Assembly: GCF_000143415.4 (NCBI RefSeq)
Contig: NW_003314328.1
Span: 230,683 to 240,222 of the forward strand
DNA: 9,540 nt
From: Selaginella moellendorffii
Lineage: Eukaryota > Plantae > Lycopodiophyta
Direction: 5' to 3'
Below the pieces are notes generated by a model that saw only the letters and a program-made list of their open reading frames with translations, was not told the origin of the DNA and ran no database searches. Shown here in pieces: positions 7,914-9,540 of the stretch. How positions within the stretch are numbered: the first letter of the stretch is position 1; every line of letters starts with the position of its first letter. The position numbers and the translations under genes are program-made.

Positions 7914-8639
7914 TAGATAATCAAGTTCCTGATGCATGATCTAATTCGCCTAGTTGAACATAGTGATACGTTGATCCTAGTGGCTGATGCGCTTTGCATT
8001 GGTGGATGTGGAAGTTGGGATTGTGCTCTTAAGCTCTTGGATTATGTGGCATTGATGATTCTACTTGTTTATAACTCCATCCACTTTCTTGGTGATTGTT
8101 TTGAGGTAACTCAAGACCTGTGTATGGTACTTTATAGTTTCCTTGTCTTCTATTGGTTGCATCGGCTCATCAATTGGTTGCTTGCCTCCCTTGATGAGTT
8201 GAGCGAGCTCTTCTATGAAGCTTTGGACTGCTAGCTTACTAGGCAAACCTGCGGACTTGTGTGCGAAGGCATGCCTAGCCTTGACCTTATAGTGCTGCTG
8301 TGGCATCTGCTGCTATTATGGCTGCCTTATTTTGCTAGACTTGTCAGCCAAGGGTGTGTCACTATCAAATGCATAGATGGACTGGAAAAAACTTAACTTG
8401 TACTCCTCCGATTCACCTAGACCCTCTTTTGTAGCCTTGTCCTCTTTGTCCTATTGAGTTTCTTGGCTGTAATCTTCTTGGCCTAAACTCACCTCATTAG
8501 CTGTATCTATAGCCAATGGTTTTGCAACATCTGTAAGTATATCGTGTGTTGGATTTTATGGCCTAAGTTTTGGGATTTCTTCTATAACTTCGACATCCAT
8601 CATTCGCCTAGTGTTATCCATTTGTGTACTTATCACTTC
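7914..8639. repeat. Dispersed direct repeat, copy B (pairs with 601-1320)
   Basis: For example, tagaccctcttttgtagccttgtcctctttgtc is identical in both copies. Homology stops sharply after ttatcacttc (1320/8639) and before tagat (601/7914). Confidence 0.95.
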
Positions 8640-9540
8640 TTTGATGCTCAAAGAGATTTGTATCAGCATCGGAGTTGTCTTTGCAGACATAGATGAGTCA
8701 CGACTCTTTTCTTGATCCGGGCGTGGCGTTTTATCACCATACGTGCTACATTTAGCTTTTCAATGAAATGAACCCTAAAGGTCTCGTAACTTGGAATTTC
8801 GGATCTAGGTGAGTTTCTTTTTTAGGGGAGAATTTTCCTCACTAGAATCTATATCATCGAAATTCTTTTCCACTTTTATATCCCTTACTAACTCCCAGAG
8901 GAGATACTGAAAGTGGTAGCTTAATGGCAACATGAGGTATGGGATCCTCTTGAGCGGTGTAATGCTCGTAAATGCACCACAAAAAGATGAAGACTCCCAT
9001 CTTCACTTCCCTTCCTTTGCCTACCTGTAAGGCAACATTCTTCATTTCGGCCATAAATCCATTGTAAGTGAAATAAGTTATGTTTATTTGCCATCTAGTC
9101 TCGATAGCTTCCAACATGCAGGCTATCTTGATGCTAGCATTTTGTGCAACTGTCCTCCCATCGATAATAGCATACAACACCTTAAGCCTAGCATGATAGT
9201 TGGGCTTCAGGTAAGTGGCCTCCTCGTCCGAATGTGTAGTTTGGGAAGATGTATTGTTCAAGTACACAATCCTTCTTGCTCATCATAATTATTTTGCCCT
9301 TGTTGTCTAGGAAAAAAATCTGAGCAAATTGGGTGAGTATAAAGAGATGGACTCACTCATAGAAAAAAAAAAAAATTCCTTTAGGTACCACTTTTGCATA
9401 AGCTCGATCCTTTGGTTGATCAATATTTCTCTTTCGAGTAGTTCTACATAGGCAAGTAACCCAAAGGCATTAAGCCAAAACTTGTTATAAGGAGAAAGCA
9501 CAAGCTCCCTAAATAGTTTTACTTGGCCATAATCGAGCTC
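7914..9540 (-). pseudogene. Retrotransposon extra ORF, copy 2 (5' end outside the window), decayed
   Basis: ORF-track pieces 9307-9501, 8854-9267 and 8061-8306 can be linked by a few frameshifts (one at the A13 run 9363-9375) and stops. The chain reads ELDYGQVKLFRELVLSPYNKFWLNAFGLLAYVELL..., then LKPNYHARLKVLYAIIDGRTVAQNASIKIACMLEAIETRWQINITYFTYNGFMAEMKNVALQVGKGREVKMGVFIFLWCIYEHY, then DDIDSSEENSPLKKKLT*IRNSKLRDL*GSFH*KAK..., then the coiled-coil tail shared with copy 1. This is roughly 540 codons. Confidence 0.72.

Noticed and set aside
601-8639. The two ~720-bp direct repeats as the LTR pair of one 8-kb element
   Set aside because: There are no TG...CA ends, TSD, PBS or PPT at their borders. 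The sequence is coding, and each boundary is a junction where one copy continues in frame.
7424-9288. ORFs 7424-7621 (+), 9088-9288 (+) and 7628-7816 (-) as independent genes
   Set aside because: They overlap the LINE or extra-ORF remnants as antisense or alternative-frame pieces, with no independent support.
7914-9540. Calling the extra ORF an envelope (env) gene
   Set aside because: No clear transmembrane helix, signal peptide or furin-type cleavage site is visible in the part present in this window.

Overview
AT-rich eukaryotic DNA, most likely plant heterochromatin (possibly a non-seed plant; inference only), with two assembly gaps (1744-2334, 5967-6177) and no intact host gene. It is a stack of nested, decayed retroelements, with every readable coding frame on the minus strand. 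(1) An internally deleted non-chromovirus Ty3/Gypsy element: candidate PBS, long leader, possible gag start, RT with FMDD motif, and RNase H. Its pol frame is joined in frame to an uncharacterised extra ORF. (2) A second, longer copy of that extra ORF at 7914-9540. (3) The 3' part of an L1-type LINE ORF2 with a CCHC zinc knuckle. (4) A 318-bp deleted LTR element with a perfect 5-bp TSD inserted in the LINE. (5) A 212-bp probable solo LTR with a canonical heat-shock element next to its TATA box. The most interesting item is the retrotransposon-borne extra ORF (globular domain, disordered linker, coiled coil). All translations and alignments were done by eye and no database was searched.
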